Below, one piece after another: positions 10,831 through 24,306 of a stretch of DNA of 64,000 nt. Below the pieces are notes generated by a model that had not been told where the DNA came from, did not search any database, and saw only the letters and a list, made by a program, of their open reading frames with translations. Positions within the stretch are counted from its first letter, which is position 1; every line of letters begins with the position of its first letter. The position numbers and the translations under genes were made by a program. The DNA comes from Centroscyllium fabricii. Taxonomy: Eukaryota. The stretch lies in the NCBI GenBank assembly GCA_051313645.2, contig JBNRSN020000006.1, positions 11,346,001-11,410,000 of the forward strand, read 5' to 3'.

Positions 10831-13800
10831 TGACGTATCGTCAATATCTCGAGATTAAAAGACACGACGAGTAGTTACCGTAACTATAGGCTTTTAATCA
10901 CTAAGATTGGAGCTACCCTCCGATCGAACATCTGAACAGGAATGAGGAGCCTCGGCCAGTCTCCACCTATAAGGGGCCTCACCTGGGGGAGGAGTTAGAG
11001 GTGTGGCTGACCTGGCTCCCGACAGTATTACAACGGTATTACAGGGCTGTGTATTACATATACGCAGCCCATTATTGAATACAATAATGCTGTGGTATAA
11101 CGTACAATATGGTTGCCACATTCACCCCTTCTTGAAAATTTTAAGTCCGGGGGGGTGAATGGACCGAGCAGTTTACTATAAGTCAATCCGGCGGTCGTGT
11201 CTGCCTGGAGGACCGCCGGCGTTCCGGTGGTGGCCCTTCCTGGTCCGTGCCCCTCGAGTCCGCCGGTGGTGGCAGTGGCTCTGGTGCCGTGGTTTCTGGT
11301 GGGGATGGATCCAGCTGGTCCGAGCCATCTGAGTGGTTGCCCTGTACTGGCAACTGCTGGGGCTCTGGGAAACTCGGGGCCCATCGTATACTTGGTGGGT
11401 GTTCTGGATATTGTGGCAGAGCGGCCTGCTGGCCGACCAGGGGCTCTGCGGTGGTGCTTCCTGCGGGCGCCAGGTCCCTGATGGATACGGTGTCCTCACG
11501 CCCGTCCGGGAACTGCACAAATGCATAATGCGGGTACGCATGCAGGAGCTGCACCTTGTCCACCAGGGGGTGGGTCTTGTGGCTCCGGATATGTCTCCTA
11601 AGGAAGACCGGCCCCGGTGTCGTGAGCCATGGGGGAAGAGCTGTCCCCGAAGTCGACTTCCTGGGGAAAGTAAAAATCAGATCATGAGGGGTGGTGTTAG
11701 TAGCCGTACATAGGAGCGAGCGTATAGAGTGCAGCGCGTCTGGGAGGACTGCCTGCCAATGGGCCACTGGAAGGCCTCTGGAATTCAGAGCCAGGGTGAC
11801 CGCCTTCCAGATGATCCCATTCTCCCTTTCTACCTGGCCGTTCCCCCGGGGGTTATAACTGGTCGTTCTGCTCGTGGCAACCCCTTTCTGGAGCAGAAAC
11901 TGGCGCAGTTCATCGCTCATGAACGATGACCTCTGGTCGCTATGGATGTAGCTGGGGAGACCGAAGATGGCGAACAGCGTGGTGAAGTGTTTTATCACCG
12001 TTGCGCTCGTCATATCTGCGCAGGGGAAGGCAAAGGGGAAGCGGGAGAACTCATCTACGACCGTGAGGAAGTATGAGTTGTGGTCGGTGGTGGGGAGGGG
12101 GCCTTTGAAGTCCACGCTGAGACGTTCAAAGGGGCGGGTGGCCTTAATGAGGTGCGCCGTGTCTGGCCGGAAAAAGTGGGTTTGCACTCGGCGCAAACAG
12201 GGCACTCTCGGGTCATAGCCTTGATCTCCGTGATGGAGTAGGGGAGGCTACGGGATCTAACAAAGTGGGCGAGTCTGGTGACACCCGGGTGGCAAAGGCG
12301 ATCGTGGAGGTCCTTCAGCCGGTCTAGCTGGGCACTGGTGCACGTTCCCCTGGACAGTGCGTCCGGGGGTTCATTGAGTTTGCCTGGTCGGTAAAGAATG
12401 TCGTACTCGTAAGTCGAGAGTTCGATCCGCCACCGCAGGATCTTATCATTCTTGATTTTAACCCGTTGTTTATTATTAAACATAAACGCCACCGACCGTT
12501 GGTCGGTGAGCAGGGTAAAACGCTTACCGGCCAGGTAATGACGCCAGTAGCGCACGGCCTCCACGATGGCCTGGGCCTCCTTTTCCACTGCTGAGTGGCG
12601 AGTTTCGGGTCCCTGTAAGGTGCGGGAGAAAAACGCTACGGGCCTGCCTGCCTGCTTCAGGGTGGCAGCAAGGGCAAAGTCCAAAGCGTCGCTCTCCACC
12701 TGGACAGCGAGCATGGTCGCCTTGATGATGTCTTCCTTTATCCGGGCGAATGCCGTTTGGGTTTCTACCGAAAGGGGGAAAACGGCAGCCTTGAGGAGTG
12801 GTCTAGCCTTGTCCGCGAACTGTGGGACCCATTGTGCGTAATAGGAGAAAAATCCTAGGCATCTCCTCAAGGCTTTAGGGTTGTGAGGTAGGGGCAGTTC
12901 CTGAAGGGGTCGCATACGCTGTGGGTCGGGGCCGAGGACCCCGTTCTCCACCACGTATCCGAGGATGGCGAGCCGGTCTGTATTAAAGACACATTTGTCT
13001 TTGTTATACGTGAGGTCCAGCTTATCCGCTGTGTCGAGAAATCTGGCCAGGTTGGCATCGTGGTCCTGCTGGTCGTGGCCGCAGATGGTCACGTTGTCCA
13101 GGTAAGGGAAAGTGGCCTGCAACTCGTTTTGGTCAACCATACGGTCCATCTCCCGCTGGAACACTGACACTCCGTTGGTCACGCCAAAGGGGACCCGGAG
13201 GAAGTGGTAGAGCCGACCGTGTAGGGGCGGTCAGCTTTCCGGATCGGGAGCTGATGATACGCCGATTTAAGGTCGATCGTGGAGAACACCTTATATTGGG
13301 CGATCTGGTTAACCATTTCCGAGATGCGGGAAAGGGGGTAGGCGTCGAGCCCGGTGTAGCTGTTGATGGTCTGGCTGTAGTCGATTACCAGCCATTGTTT
13401 CTCGCCAGACTTTACCACTACTACCTGGGCGCGCCAGGGGCTGGTGCTGGCTTCGATTATCCCCTCCTTCAGCATCCGCCCGACCTCCGACCTGATAAAC
13501 GTGCGATCCCCCGCACTGTACCGCCGACTCTTTGTGGCAATAGGTTTGCACTTGGGGTCGAGGTTGGCGAACAGTGAGGGGGGGTCGATTTTCAGGGTAG
13601 AGAGGCCGCAGGCCGGGCTCCGCTTTGGGAAGGGATTGTCCCGGCTACTGACGGTGAGGGGGGGCAAGGTCCCGCCGAACTCCATTGTCACGCTCTTGAG
13701 GTGGCACTGGAAATCCAGACCTAGTAAGGCTGGGGCACACAACTGCTGGAGGGTGTACAATTTAAAATTACGGTACACGCACCCCTTGACTGTGAGCGTG

Positions 13801-14002
13801 ACGGAGCAGTAGCCGGTGACATCCGCGGTGTGGGACTGCAAAGCAAGGGAGACTTGGTAGTTTGTGGGCAGGACCTGCAGTCCGCAGCGCTGCACTGTAT
13901 CGGGGTGCACAAAGCTCTCCGTGCTTCCAGTGTCAAATAGGCAGTTGACAGTATGGCCGTTTATCTTGATGGGCATTATAGAGTTAGACAGGGTATGTGG
14001 CC
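10831..14002 (-). mobile_element. 3' half of a Gypsy element of the non-tRNA-PBS lineage
   Basis: 3' LTR 10831-11120 with adjacent PPT (rc AAGAAGGGGTGAA); frameshifted PR (DTGS), RT (YLDN), RNase H and integrase ORFs 11183-13976. Confidence 0.9.
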
Positions 14003-14285
14003 AAGTGCAGGCCGGGGAGGTTGGTAGCTGGGTCGAGGTCAGGGTCGGTTAGTTGGTCGGCCGCCAGTTTGGCGTAGTCGACCGCCGTTTGTACGGCGTT
14101 GATGGTGGGACGTGACAGGCAGTCAGCGACCACGTTGTCGCGGCCGGCGATGTGCGGTATGTCGGTGGTAAATTCCGACACGGCCGCGAGCTGGCGCTGC
14201 TGCCTGGCCGACCAGGGTTCGGCGATCTTAGTCATTGCTGACACAAGCGGCTTGTGATCAACGAAGGCTGTAAAGTGGCGGCCCT

Positions 14286-16409
14286 CTAAGAGGAAGCAGA
14301 AGTGGCGTTGGCCAGGGCGGTTTTGGTTGCGGTGAAGACGGTGGTGGCTTCGGCCGTCCACTCGACCGCAGTTTTGTTGGACTGCCCGCGGGTGGCCTGG
14401 TAAAGGGGTGCCATGAGAGCGGCTGCTCCTGGGATGAAGCGGTTATAAAAATTAACCATCCCAAGGAATTCCTGCAGCCCCTTGATGGAGTGCGGGCGGG
14501 GGAATTCCTGGACCGCCTGCACCTTGGAGGGCAGGGGTATGGCCCCGGTTTGGGAAATGCGGTGGCCGAGGAAGTCGATCGTCTCGAGGCCGAACCGACA
14601 TTTAGAGGGGCTTAATATGAGGCCGTGTTCGACCAGGCGTTGGAACAGGGTCCTGAGATGGAGGAGGTGTTCCTGGGGGGAGGTGCTGGCCACGAGGATG
14701 TCGTCTAGGTAGACGAACGTGAACTGCAAGTCCTGTAGGACTGAGTCCATGAGGCGTTGGAAGGCCTGGGCCGCGTTTTTGAGTCCGAAGGGCATTCGGA
14801 GGAATTCGAATAGTCCAAATGGGGTGATGACGGCTGTCTTAGGGACATCCACCGGGTGCACTGGCACCTGGTGGTAGCCCCGTACCAGGTCGATCTTGGA
14901 AAAGATCGTGCAGCCCGCTAACCTTGCTGAGAAATCTTGGATGTGGGGGACGGGGTACCTGTCTGGGGTGGTGGCGTTGTTGAGGCGGCGGTAGTCTCCG
15001 CAGGAGTGCCAACCACCGCCCAGCTTGGGGGCGATGTGGAGGGGGGAGGCCCAGGGGCTGCTGGAGCGGCGGATTATGCCGAGTTGTTCCATGGTGCGGA
15101 ACTCGGTACGCGCGATCTCCAGTTTGGCCGGGTCCAGCCTGCGGGCGTGGGCATGGACGGGGGGGCCGGTGGTGGTGATGAAATGCTCCAACCCGTGTTT
15201 GGCCGTGCGAGCTGTGAATTTGGGGTTGGTGAGGGTTGGGAACTCCGCGAGGAGCGTTCCGTACGTGTCGGAGTTCCGGGCTCGGCCGTGTGCCGCTGCG
15301 TGGGCCTGGTGTGCCGGCCTTGTGGAGCATGGGATGGTCGACATGTTGTGGATGTCGACCAGTCGGCGCCAGGTCACGTCGACCAGGAGGCCGTGGGCGC
15401 AGAGGAAATCTGCCCCGAGGAGCGGTAGTTTGACCTGGGCGGTGATGAAGTCCCAATGGTACGTGTGGCCTGCTAGCTTGATGGTGAGCTTGCGGGTGCC
15501 GTACGTTTTTATTTCGGAGCCGTTAGCGGCTTCGAGTGGCGTGCCCCGGGTGCCTGGTTTAGTTTCTGCGGGGGAGGCTGGCACGATGCTGTGCTGCGCG
15601 CCTGTGTCGCAGAGGAACCGGAGGCCTGTGCCGCTGTCTGTGACGTAGAGCAGTGCTCCAGAGCGGCCTACAGACATAGTGGGGCTTGAGCTGGGCTGGG
15701 GTTTGAAAGTGCAGGGCTGGACGCAGCGTTGCGCTTTGGCTTCAAACCGGGTGTGGTAGTAACACCAGCCGGTGCCCGTTGTACGCGGCCTTTTGCGGGG
15801 TCGCGTTGGTCTGGGTTCAGACTTGGAGTCGGACTTGGGGTGCGCGTGGCGGGGCTCCGATGCCGTGGCAACGGGCTCGCACGTGGCGGAGCGGGAGCGC
15901 TCGGCCGTCATAAGCTTGTCGGCCTCCTCAGCCAGCCGTTCTCCGCTGCAGTGGCAGAGGGCCGTCAGAGCCGGTCTGACGGAGGGGGGCATTTTGAGGA
16001 GGAACAAGGTGCGCTTGATGGAGGATGGGTCTGAGTTCAGCGCTTCCATTTGGGCCCAAAAGTCCGATGGGTCTGCGTCCCCGAGTTCGGGGAGGTTGAT
16101 GAGCTGGCAGTCGCGCTCAAATTGGGAGGGGGTGAATTTTTTAAGCAGCGCGGCCTTAAGGAATTCGTACCTGCCTGCTGATGGTGCACGCTGTAACGTC
16201 GGCCACATCCGATCGACCGTGGTCTGTGGTAGGGCCGCGAAGAGCAGGTCGTAGCGATCATCCCCCTGGACGCCATGGATGCGGCAGCTGGTTTCGATGC
16301 AGAGGAACCAGGCCGCTGGGCGTAGCTCCCAGAACTCTGGCAGAGTTAATCTGTGGCTGGAGTTCTGGCCCAGTCTTTGAGGTCGTGCAGCTTGGCTCCC
16401 TGATGGCAT
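14286..16409 (-). pseudogene. gag-protease-RT of the CsRn1-like element (RNase H deleted, integrase lost)
   Basis: LPEFW...AAWF gag start, CHCC motif [18 protein letters not shown], protease DTGA, RT YLDD. Confidence 0.9.
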
Positions 16410-16955
16410 GTTGGTTGGAAGTGCTCTGAGGCAGCTTGGCCCTCAGTCCTGCAGCAACTGCTTCATTTTTGTTCCCTTGGAAGACGTTCCAAGTACGGGG
16501 TCACCACTGTAGTGCATGCAGGCCTGAAGAACCACGCTGGAGCCAGTAAGACAGAAAAAACTTGTTTATTACATTACAGGGACCAGGTAGCAAAGAGACT
16601 GAACCACCTGGAGCAGGCTTATTTAAAGGGCCCGCGGTTGGTGATCCCATCACGCCGGAAGTCGCGGTGACGTCACCACGTCACCCGATGGGCGGGGCCG
16701 TGCCCCGCGGTACTCCCGAGGCGGATTCGATGCCTTTGGTGGGCATGTCACCACAGCATTCTATTTAATCCCAAGCTGAGCTTTCAACCCCAATTCCTTT
16801 CCATCACAAAGACTGCTTCCACCTCTCAATAATCATCCACCTCTATCCCGATCTCAGCCCATCTGCCACTGAACCCCTCGCTTGTGCCTTTGTCACTGCA
16901 AATTCAACTATTTCAATGTTTTCCTGCACGGCTTCCCTTCTTCCACACTCTAAAC

Positions 16956-19740
16956 AACAACAACTGCTTGCATTTATATAGCGCCTTGAAGGTAGCAAAA
17001 ACGTCCTGAGGCACTGCACAGGCATGTTAGAAAACAAAATTTGACACCGAGCCACATAAGGAGATATTAAGACACATGACCAAAAGCTTTATCAAAGAGG
17101 CAGATTTTAAGGAGTGTCTGAAAGGAGGAAAGAGAGGTAGAGAGTTTTAGGGCGGGGAATTCCAGAGCTTAGGGTCCAGGCAACAGAAGGCACGGCCACT
17201 AACGGTTGGGCGATTATAATCAGGGATGCTCAAGAGGCAGAATTAGAGGAGCGCAGATATCTCAGGAAGGGTGGGGTTTGTGGGGCTGGAGGAGATTACA
17301 GAGATAGGGAGGGGGCGAGGCCATGAGCGGATTTGAAAACAAGGATGAGAATTTTGAAATTGGGTCGTTGCTTAACCGGGAGCCAATGTAGGGCAGCGAG
17401 CACAGGGGTGATGGCCGAATGGGACTTGGTGCGAGTTAGGACACGGGCAGCTGAGATTTGAATGACCTCCAGTTTACGTAGGGTAGAATTTGGGAGGCTG
17501 GACAGGAGTGCGTTGGAATAGTCGAGTCTAAATTCAATTCAATTCAAATTTTATTGTCATTGCAGAGTACTAGTACAATACAATGAAACGAAGACTCGCC
17601 GCTCCCGAGAGTAGTGCAAATAAGTTACATACAATTGCATACAGTAAAGTGCATTTCAGGTGTGCAGATACTGGAGTTTTTGTTAGAGTTCAGGAGGCTG
17701 ACAGCCCTGGGGAAGAAGCTGTTCTTGAATCTAGTCGTGCGGGTGCGGATTGATCTGTAGCATCTCCCGGAGGGGCAGGGGGGCGAACAGACTATGGCTA
17801 GGGCGTGTGGGGTCTTTAATAATGTTCTGAGACCTCTGTAGGCAGTGTTTCAGGTAGGTGGGTGCCGGTGATTCGTTGGGCAGTTTTGACTACCCGCTGC
17901 AGAGCCTTCCGGTCCGAGATGGTGCAGTTTCCATACCAGACAGTGATGCAGCTTGTCAGTATGCTTTCTATTGTGCAGCGGTAGAAGTTGGTGAGGATGC
18001 CAGATGTCAGCTTGTCTTTTTTCAGCTTCCTTAGGAAATACAGGCGCTGTTGGGTCTTCTTTATCAGAGAGGAGGTGTTTAGTGACCAGGAGAGGTCTTC
18101 AGAGATGTGGACCCCGAGGAACTTGAAGCTGGACACCCTTTCCACCTCAGCCCCTTGGATGAAGATGGGGGTGTGTCTTCTGCTTTTAGTCTTCCGGAAG
18201 TCCACTATGATCTCCTTGGTTTTCTTGGTGTTCAGTGCCAGGTTGTTGTCGGCACACCATCCCACAAGGCGCTGAATCTCATCCCTGTAGGCTGACTCAT
18301 CGTTGTTGGTGATCTGGCCAACCACCGTGGTGTCGTCCGCAAACTTGATGATCATGTTGGAGCCATGGACAGCCGCACAGTCGTAGGTGAAGAGGGAGTA
18401 GAGGAGGGGGCTCAGCACACAGCCTTGTGGGGCCCCCGTATTCAGGGTAAGGGGGGGGGGGGGGGAGAAGGTGAGGTTGCCTAACTTCACAGACTGTGGT
18501 CTGTTGGTTAGGAAGTCCAGGGTCCAGTTACAGAGGGAGGTGTTCAGGCCGAGGGTTAGAAGTTTGGTAGACAACTTGCTGGGGATGATAGTGTTGAATG
18601 CTGAGCTGTAGTCAACAAACAGCATTCTGATATATGTATCTTTGCTATCCAGGTGGTTTAGTGCAGAGTGAAGAGCCGTAGTGATTGCATCTTCCGTTGA
18701 TCTGTTTCCTCGATAGGCGAACTGGTATTGGTCCAGGGCGGCGGGAACGCTGGCTTTGATGTGGGCCAGAACCAGCCGCTCGAAACACTTCATGATTATG
18801 GGTGTGAGTGCGACAGGGCGGTAGTCGTTCAGGCACGTCACGGCCGTTTTCTTGGGCACAGGGATGATGGTGGCGGTCTTGAAGCAGGTAGGGACAGCTG
18901 CCTTCACCAGTGACAGGTTGAAGATGTCAGTGAAGACCTCAGCCAGTTGGTCAGCACAGTCTTTGAATGCCCGGCCAGGGATGCCGTCAGGACCCGCGGC
19001 CTTCCGTGCGTTCACTCCACGTAGAGCACGGCTTACGTCGGAACAGGACAGTATTAGTGGCTGGTCTTCCGGAGATTGCAAGACGTTGGTGGCTGGCTCC
19101 CTGTTGTCCCTGTCGAAGCGAGCATAGAAGTTGTTGAGTTCCTCCGGTAGGGAGGCATCGCTGGTCGCGGGGCTGGTGTTCTTGCACTTGTAGTCCTTGA
19201 TGGACTGTATGCCTTGCCACATACGCCGAGGGTCCGAGTTGTTGTGGAAGTGTTCCTCTATCTTCAGTGTCTGATTGCATTTGGCAAACCTGATTCCCCT
19301 TTTTAGGTTGGCCCTGGCTGTGCTGTGCTGTAAGCCACCAAGTCACCAGATTTGAAAGCTGCGTCACGTGCCTTCAGCAGCGAGCGGACCTCCCCGTTCA
19401 TCCAGGGTTTCTGGTTGGGGAATGTCTTGATGGTTTTTTGGGTAGAGACCACCTCGACACAGCAAGGTAACAAAGACATGGATGAGGGTTTCAGCAGCGG
19501 ATGAGCTGAGGCAAGGGCGAAGTTGGGCCAATGTTACGGAGGTGGAAATAGGTGGTCTTACTTATGACATGGATATGTGGTCGGAAGCTTATTTCAGGGT
19601 CAAATATGACACTAAGGTTGCGAACTGTCTGGTTCAGCCTCAGACAGATGCTGGGGAGAGGGATGGAGTCAGAGACTAGGTAACGGAGTTTATGGTGGAG
19701 CCCAAAGACAATGGCTTCGGTCTTCCCAATATTTAGGAGG
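16956..19740 (-). mobile_element. L2 LINE 3' fragment, inverted inside the host L2 and interrupted by Rex1
   Basis: L2 tail (rc GGCGCTATATAAATGCAAGCAGTTGTTGTT); pieces 16956-17530 and 19464-19740 are collinear; short AAAC flanking repeat. Confidence 0.82.
17531..19463 (-). mobile_element. Rex1/Babar LINE, 5'-truncated
   Basis: 468-aa ORF 17816..19222 with [41 protein letters not shown] and QRLYFLR motifs; 3' tail AATGACAATAAAAT(TTGAA)n. Confidence 0.9.
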
Positions 19741-19764
19741 AAACTTCAGCTCATCCAAAACTCT

Positions 19765-20938
19765 GCTCCCCGTACCCTATCGTGCTCCCGTACCCTATCG
19801 TGCTGCCCGTACCCTATCATACTCCCGTACCCTATCGTGCTGCCCGTACCCTATCGTGCTCCCGTACCCTATCGTGCTGCCCGTACCCTATCGTGCTCCC
19901 TTACCCTATCGTGCTCCCGTACCCTATCGTGCTCCCGTACCCTATCGTGCTCCCCGTACCCTATCGTGCTCCCCGTACCCTATCGTGCTCCCGTACCCTA
20001 TCGTGCTCCCGTACCCTATCGTGCTCCCGTACCCTATCGTGCTGCCCGTACCCTATCGTGCTCCCGTACCCTATCGTGCTGCCCGTACCCTATCGTGCTG
20101 CCCGTACCCTATCGTGCTGCCCGTACCCTATCGTGCTGCCCGTACCCTATCGTGCTGCCCGTACCCTATCGTGCTCCCGTACCCTATCGTGCTGCCCGTA
20201 CCCTATCGTGCTGCCCGTACCCTATCGTGCTCCCGTACCCTATCGTGCTGCCCGTACCCTATCGTGCTCCCGTACCCTATCGTGCTCCCCGTACCCTATC
20301 GTGCTCCCCGTACCCTATCGTGCTCCCCGTACCCAATCGTGCTCCCCGTACCCTATCGTGCTGCCCGTACCCTATCGTGCTGCCCGTACCCTATCGTGCT
20401 CCCCGTACCCTATCGTGCTCCCGTACCCTATCGTGCTCCCCGTACACTATCGTGCTCCCCGTACCCTATCGTGCTCCCCGTACCCTATCGTGCTCCCCGT
20501 ACCCTATCGTGCTCCCCGTACCCTATCATGCTGCCCGTACCCTATCGTGCTCCCCGTACCCTATCGTGCTCCCGTACCCTATCGTGCTCCCCGTACCCTA
20601 TCGTGCTCCCCGTACCCTATCGTGCTCCCCGTACCCTATCATGCTGCCCGTACCCTATCGTGCTCCCCGTACCCTATCGTGCTCCCCGTAACCTATCGTG
20701 CTCCCGTACCCTAACGTGCTCCCCGTACCCGATCGTGCTCCCCGTACCCTATCGTGCTCCCGTACCCTATCGTGCTCCCCGTACCCTATCGTGCTCCCCG
20801 TACCCTATCGTGCTCCCCGTACCCTATCGTGCTCCCCGTACCCTATCGTGCTCCCATACCCTATCGTGCTCCCGTACCCTATCATGCTGCCCGTACCCTA
20901 TCGTGCTCCCCGTACCCTATCGTGCTCCCGTACCCTAT
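19765..20938. repeat. Minisatellite with 18-20 bp unit (CCGTACCCTATCGTGCT[C/CC/GC]), left part
   Basis: Direct reading; about 60 units. Confidence 0.95.
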
Positions 20939-23504
20939 GGGCGGAGCTTAGAAATAGGAAAGGGGCGGTAATGTTAGTGGGAGTCTTTTATAGACCACCA
21001 AATAGTAACAGGGAGGTGGAGGAGGAAATTGCGCGACAAATAATGGATAGATGTGGGGGACATAGGGTAGTTATCATGGGAGATTTCAATTTCCCTAATA
21101 TAGACTGGAATCTAGGTAGGTCAAATAATGTAGATGGAGAGATTTTCATACAATGCGTGCAGGAAGGTTTCCTGACACAATACGTGGAGGAACCAACAAG
21201 GGGTGGGGCAACCTTGGACCTGGTTCTGGGAAATGAACCAGGCCAAGTGGTAGAACTGGGGGTAAGGGAGCACTTCGGGGACAGTGACCACAACTCGGTG
21301 ACGTTCACAATAGTAATGGAGAAGGATAGGAGCATGAGGCAGGGTAAGGTATACAGCTGGGGGAGAGGAAATTACGACAGGGTTAGGCAGGATTTAGCTA
21401 ACCTCGATTGGGAACGGGAACTTGCTGGGAGGGGAACGGAAGAAAAATGGAGAGTGTTCAGGGAGCAAATTATGAAAGCCCTGGATAAGCATGTCCCGAG
21501 TAGGATGGGAAACAAGGGAAAGATGAGAGAACCGTGGATCACGAAGGAGGTAAAACATTTAGTAAAGAAGAAGAAGGAGGCATATGATAGAATGAGAAAG
21601 CAGTGTACAGCATGGGCGGGAAAGGAGTACAAAGAAGCAAGGAAAGAACTGAAGAATGGGCTAAGGAAGGCAAAGGGAGGGCATGAGAAGGCATTAGCGG
21701 GAAGGATAAAGGAGAACCCTAAGGCTTTCTATGCTTACGTAAGAAATAAAAGGATGACTAGGATAAGAGTAGGGCCGATCAAAGACGGCAAGGAAGAAAT
21801 GTGCACGGAGTCAGAGGAAATTGGGGAAGCACTAAATGAATATTTTGCATCCGTGTTCACAAGGGAGAGGGAACTAAAAGTAGAGGAGGAGTGCAAGATA
21901 CAAGGGGAAAGGATGGGGGAAGTAAATATTCAGAGGGAGGAGGTATTAGATATTTTGGAGAATCTGAAGGTAGACAAATCTCCTGGGCCGGACGGGATAT
22001 ATCCAAGGATTCTCTGGGAAGCGAGGAACGAAATCGCAGAGCCACTGACCTCTATCTTTAGTTCCTCGCTATCCTCGGGGATAGTCCCTGAGGACTGGAG
22101 AGAGGCGAATGTGGTTCCCATATTTAAAAAGGGGAGCAGGGACGTGCCAGGGAACTACAGACCAGTCAGCCTTACCTCGGTGGTCGGAAAGGTGATGGAA
22201 AGGGTCCTGAGGGACAGGATCTACGACCATCTAGAAAGGGGCAAATTAATCAGGAGCAGTCAGCACGGATTCGTTAAGGGCAAATCGTGCCTGACCAACC
22301 TGATAGAATTCTTTGAAGAGGTGACCAAGTGTGTGGACGAGGGAAAGGCAGTTGATGTCATATATATGGACTTCAGCAAGGCCTTCGACAAGGTCCCGCA
22401 CGGTCGACTCATGAAGAAAGTAAGGAGTTGCGGGGTAAACAACGAAGTAGTGAGATGGATTGAGAACTGGCTGGCTCAGAGAAAGCAGAGGGTAGTGGTA
22501 GAGGGCCAATACTCGGGTTGGAGACCGGTCACCAGTGGGGTGCCACAGGGGTCGGTGTTGGGGCCACTACTATTTGTGATCTTTATCAATGACTTGGAGG
22601 AGGGGACTGAGGGGTGGGTCAGCAAATTTGCAGATGACACAAAGATTGGGGGAGTAGTGGATGAGGAGGAAGGAAGTAGAAGGCTTCAGAGGGATATAGA
22701 TAGGATGCAGAGCTGGGCTGAAGAATGGCAAATGGAGTTCAACACGGGGAAATGCGAGGTGATACACTTCGGTAGGGCAAATAGGAATAGGGAATATAGG
22801 GTCAACGGCAGGGTCCTGAGCGAAGCAGAGGAGCAAAGGGATCTGGGAGTGTATGTACACAGATCATTGAAGGCTACCACCCAGGTGGATAAGGCAGTAA
22901 AAAAGGCCTATGGTGTATTGACCTTCATCAACAGGGGAATAGAGTTTAAGAACCGGGAGGTCATGCTACAGCTGTACAGGTCACTGGTGAGACCACACTT
23001 GGAGTACTGTGTGCAGTTCTGAGCACCGTACTACAGGAGGGATGTGGAGGCGTTGGAGAGGGTACAGAGGAGATTCACCAGGATGCTGCCGGGAATGGGG
23101 GGAAAGTCGTACGAGGAGAGGTTGAGGGAGCTGGGACTCTTCTCCCTGGAGCGGAGAAGGAAGAGGGGGGACTTAATAGAGATGATTAAGATGATGAAGG
23201 GGATCGATAGAGTAAACGTGCAGAGACAAACAACAACAAGAGGGCACGAGCACAAGATTCAAGGAGGAAGATTCAGAAGGGATGGCAGGGGCAAGTTCTT
23301 TACACAGAGAGTGGTCGGGGAGTGGAATAGGCTACCATCTGAAATAGTGGATGTGGACAGTCTGGGAGCTTTTAAAAGGATGATAGATAGGTACATGGAG
23401 GGGAAGGAAGAGTAGGGGGGACAGGAAAAATCAGAGACGGACTAAGCGCTGCACTACATTGAGGGCCCAAGGGCCTGTACAGTGCTGTATGTTCTATGTT
23501 CTAT
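20936..23504 (+). mobile_element. Young 5'-truncated CR1 LINE (partial endonuclease + RT) inserted in the minisatellite
   Basis: One reading frame to 23415 with a single TGA at 23020-23022; motifs GVFYRPP, GDFN, SDH, KFADD; tail (TTCTATG)n. Confidence 0.93.
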
Positions 23505-24306
23505 GCTCCCGTACACTATCGTGCTCCCCGTACCCTATCGTGCTCCCCGTACCCTATCGTGCTCCCCGTACCCTATCGTGCTCCCCGTACCCTATCGTGC
23601 TCCCGTACCCTATCGTGCTCCCGTACGCTATCGTGCTCCCCGTACCCTATCGTGCTCCCCGTACCCTATCGTGCTCCCCGTAACCTATCGTGCTCCCGTA
23701 CCCTATCGTGCTCCCCGTACCCTATCGTGCTCCCGTACCTTATCGTGCTCCCCGTACCCTATCGTGCTCCCCGTACCCTATCGTGCTCCCCGTACCCTGT
23801 CGTGCTCCCCGTACCCTATCGTGTTACTGAACCCTATCGTGCTCCCCGTACCCTATCATGCTCCCGTACCCTATCGTGCTCCCCTACCTTATCATGCTCC
23901 CCGTACCCTATCGTGCTCCCCGTACCCTATCGTGCTCCCGTACCCTATCGTGCTCCCGTACCCTATCGTGCTCCCGTACCCTATCGTGCTCCCGTACCTT
24001 ATCGTGCTCCCGTACCTTATCGTGCTCCCCGTACCCTATCGTGCTCCCCGTACCCTATCGTGCTGCCCGTACCCTATCGTGCTCCCGTACCCTATCGTGC
24101 TCCCGTACCCTATCGTGCTGCCCGTACCCTATCGTACTCCCGTACCCTATCGTGCTCCCCGTACCCTATCGTGCTCCCATACCCTATCGTGCTCCCCGTA
24201 CCCTATCGTGCTCCCGTACCCTATCGTGCTCCCCGTACCCTATCGTGCTCCCCGTACCCTATCGTGCTCCCCGTACCCTATCATGCTCCCGTACCCTATC
24301 GTGCTC
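23505..24306. repeat. Same minisatellite, right part
   Basis: Direct reading; runs into L2 sequence CAAGTTCCACTCATCCATCACC. Confidence 0.95.

Larger units (their letters stand above)
10792..16755 (-). mobile_element. CsRn1/Kabuki-like Gypsy element, deleted and carrying a second Gypsy
   Basis: 5' LTR 16508-16755; PBS TGGTGACCCCG (tRNA-Trp-like); 3' LTR remnant 10792-10830; GCAT TSD. Confidence 0.9.
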
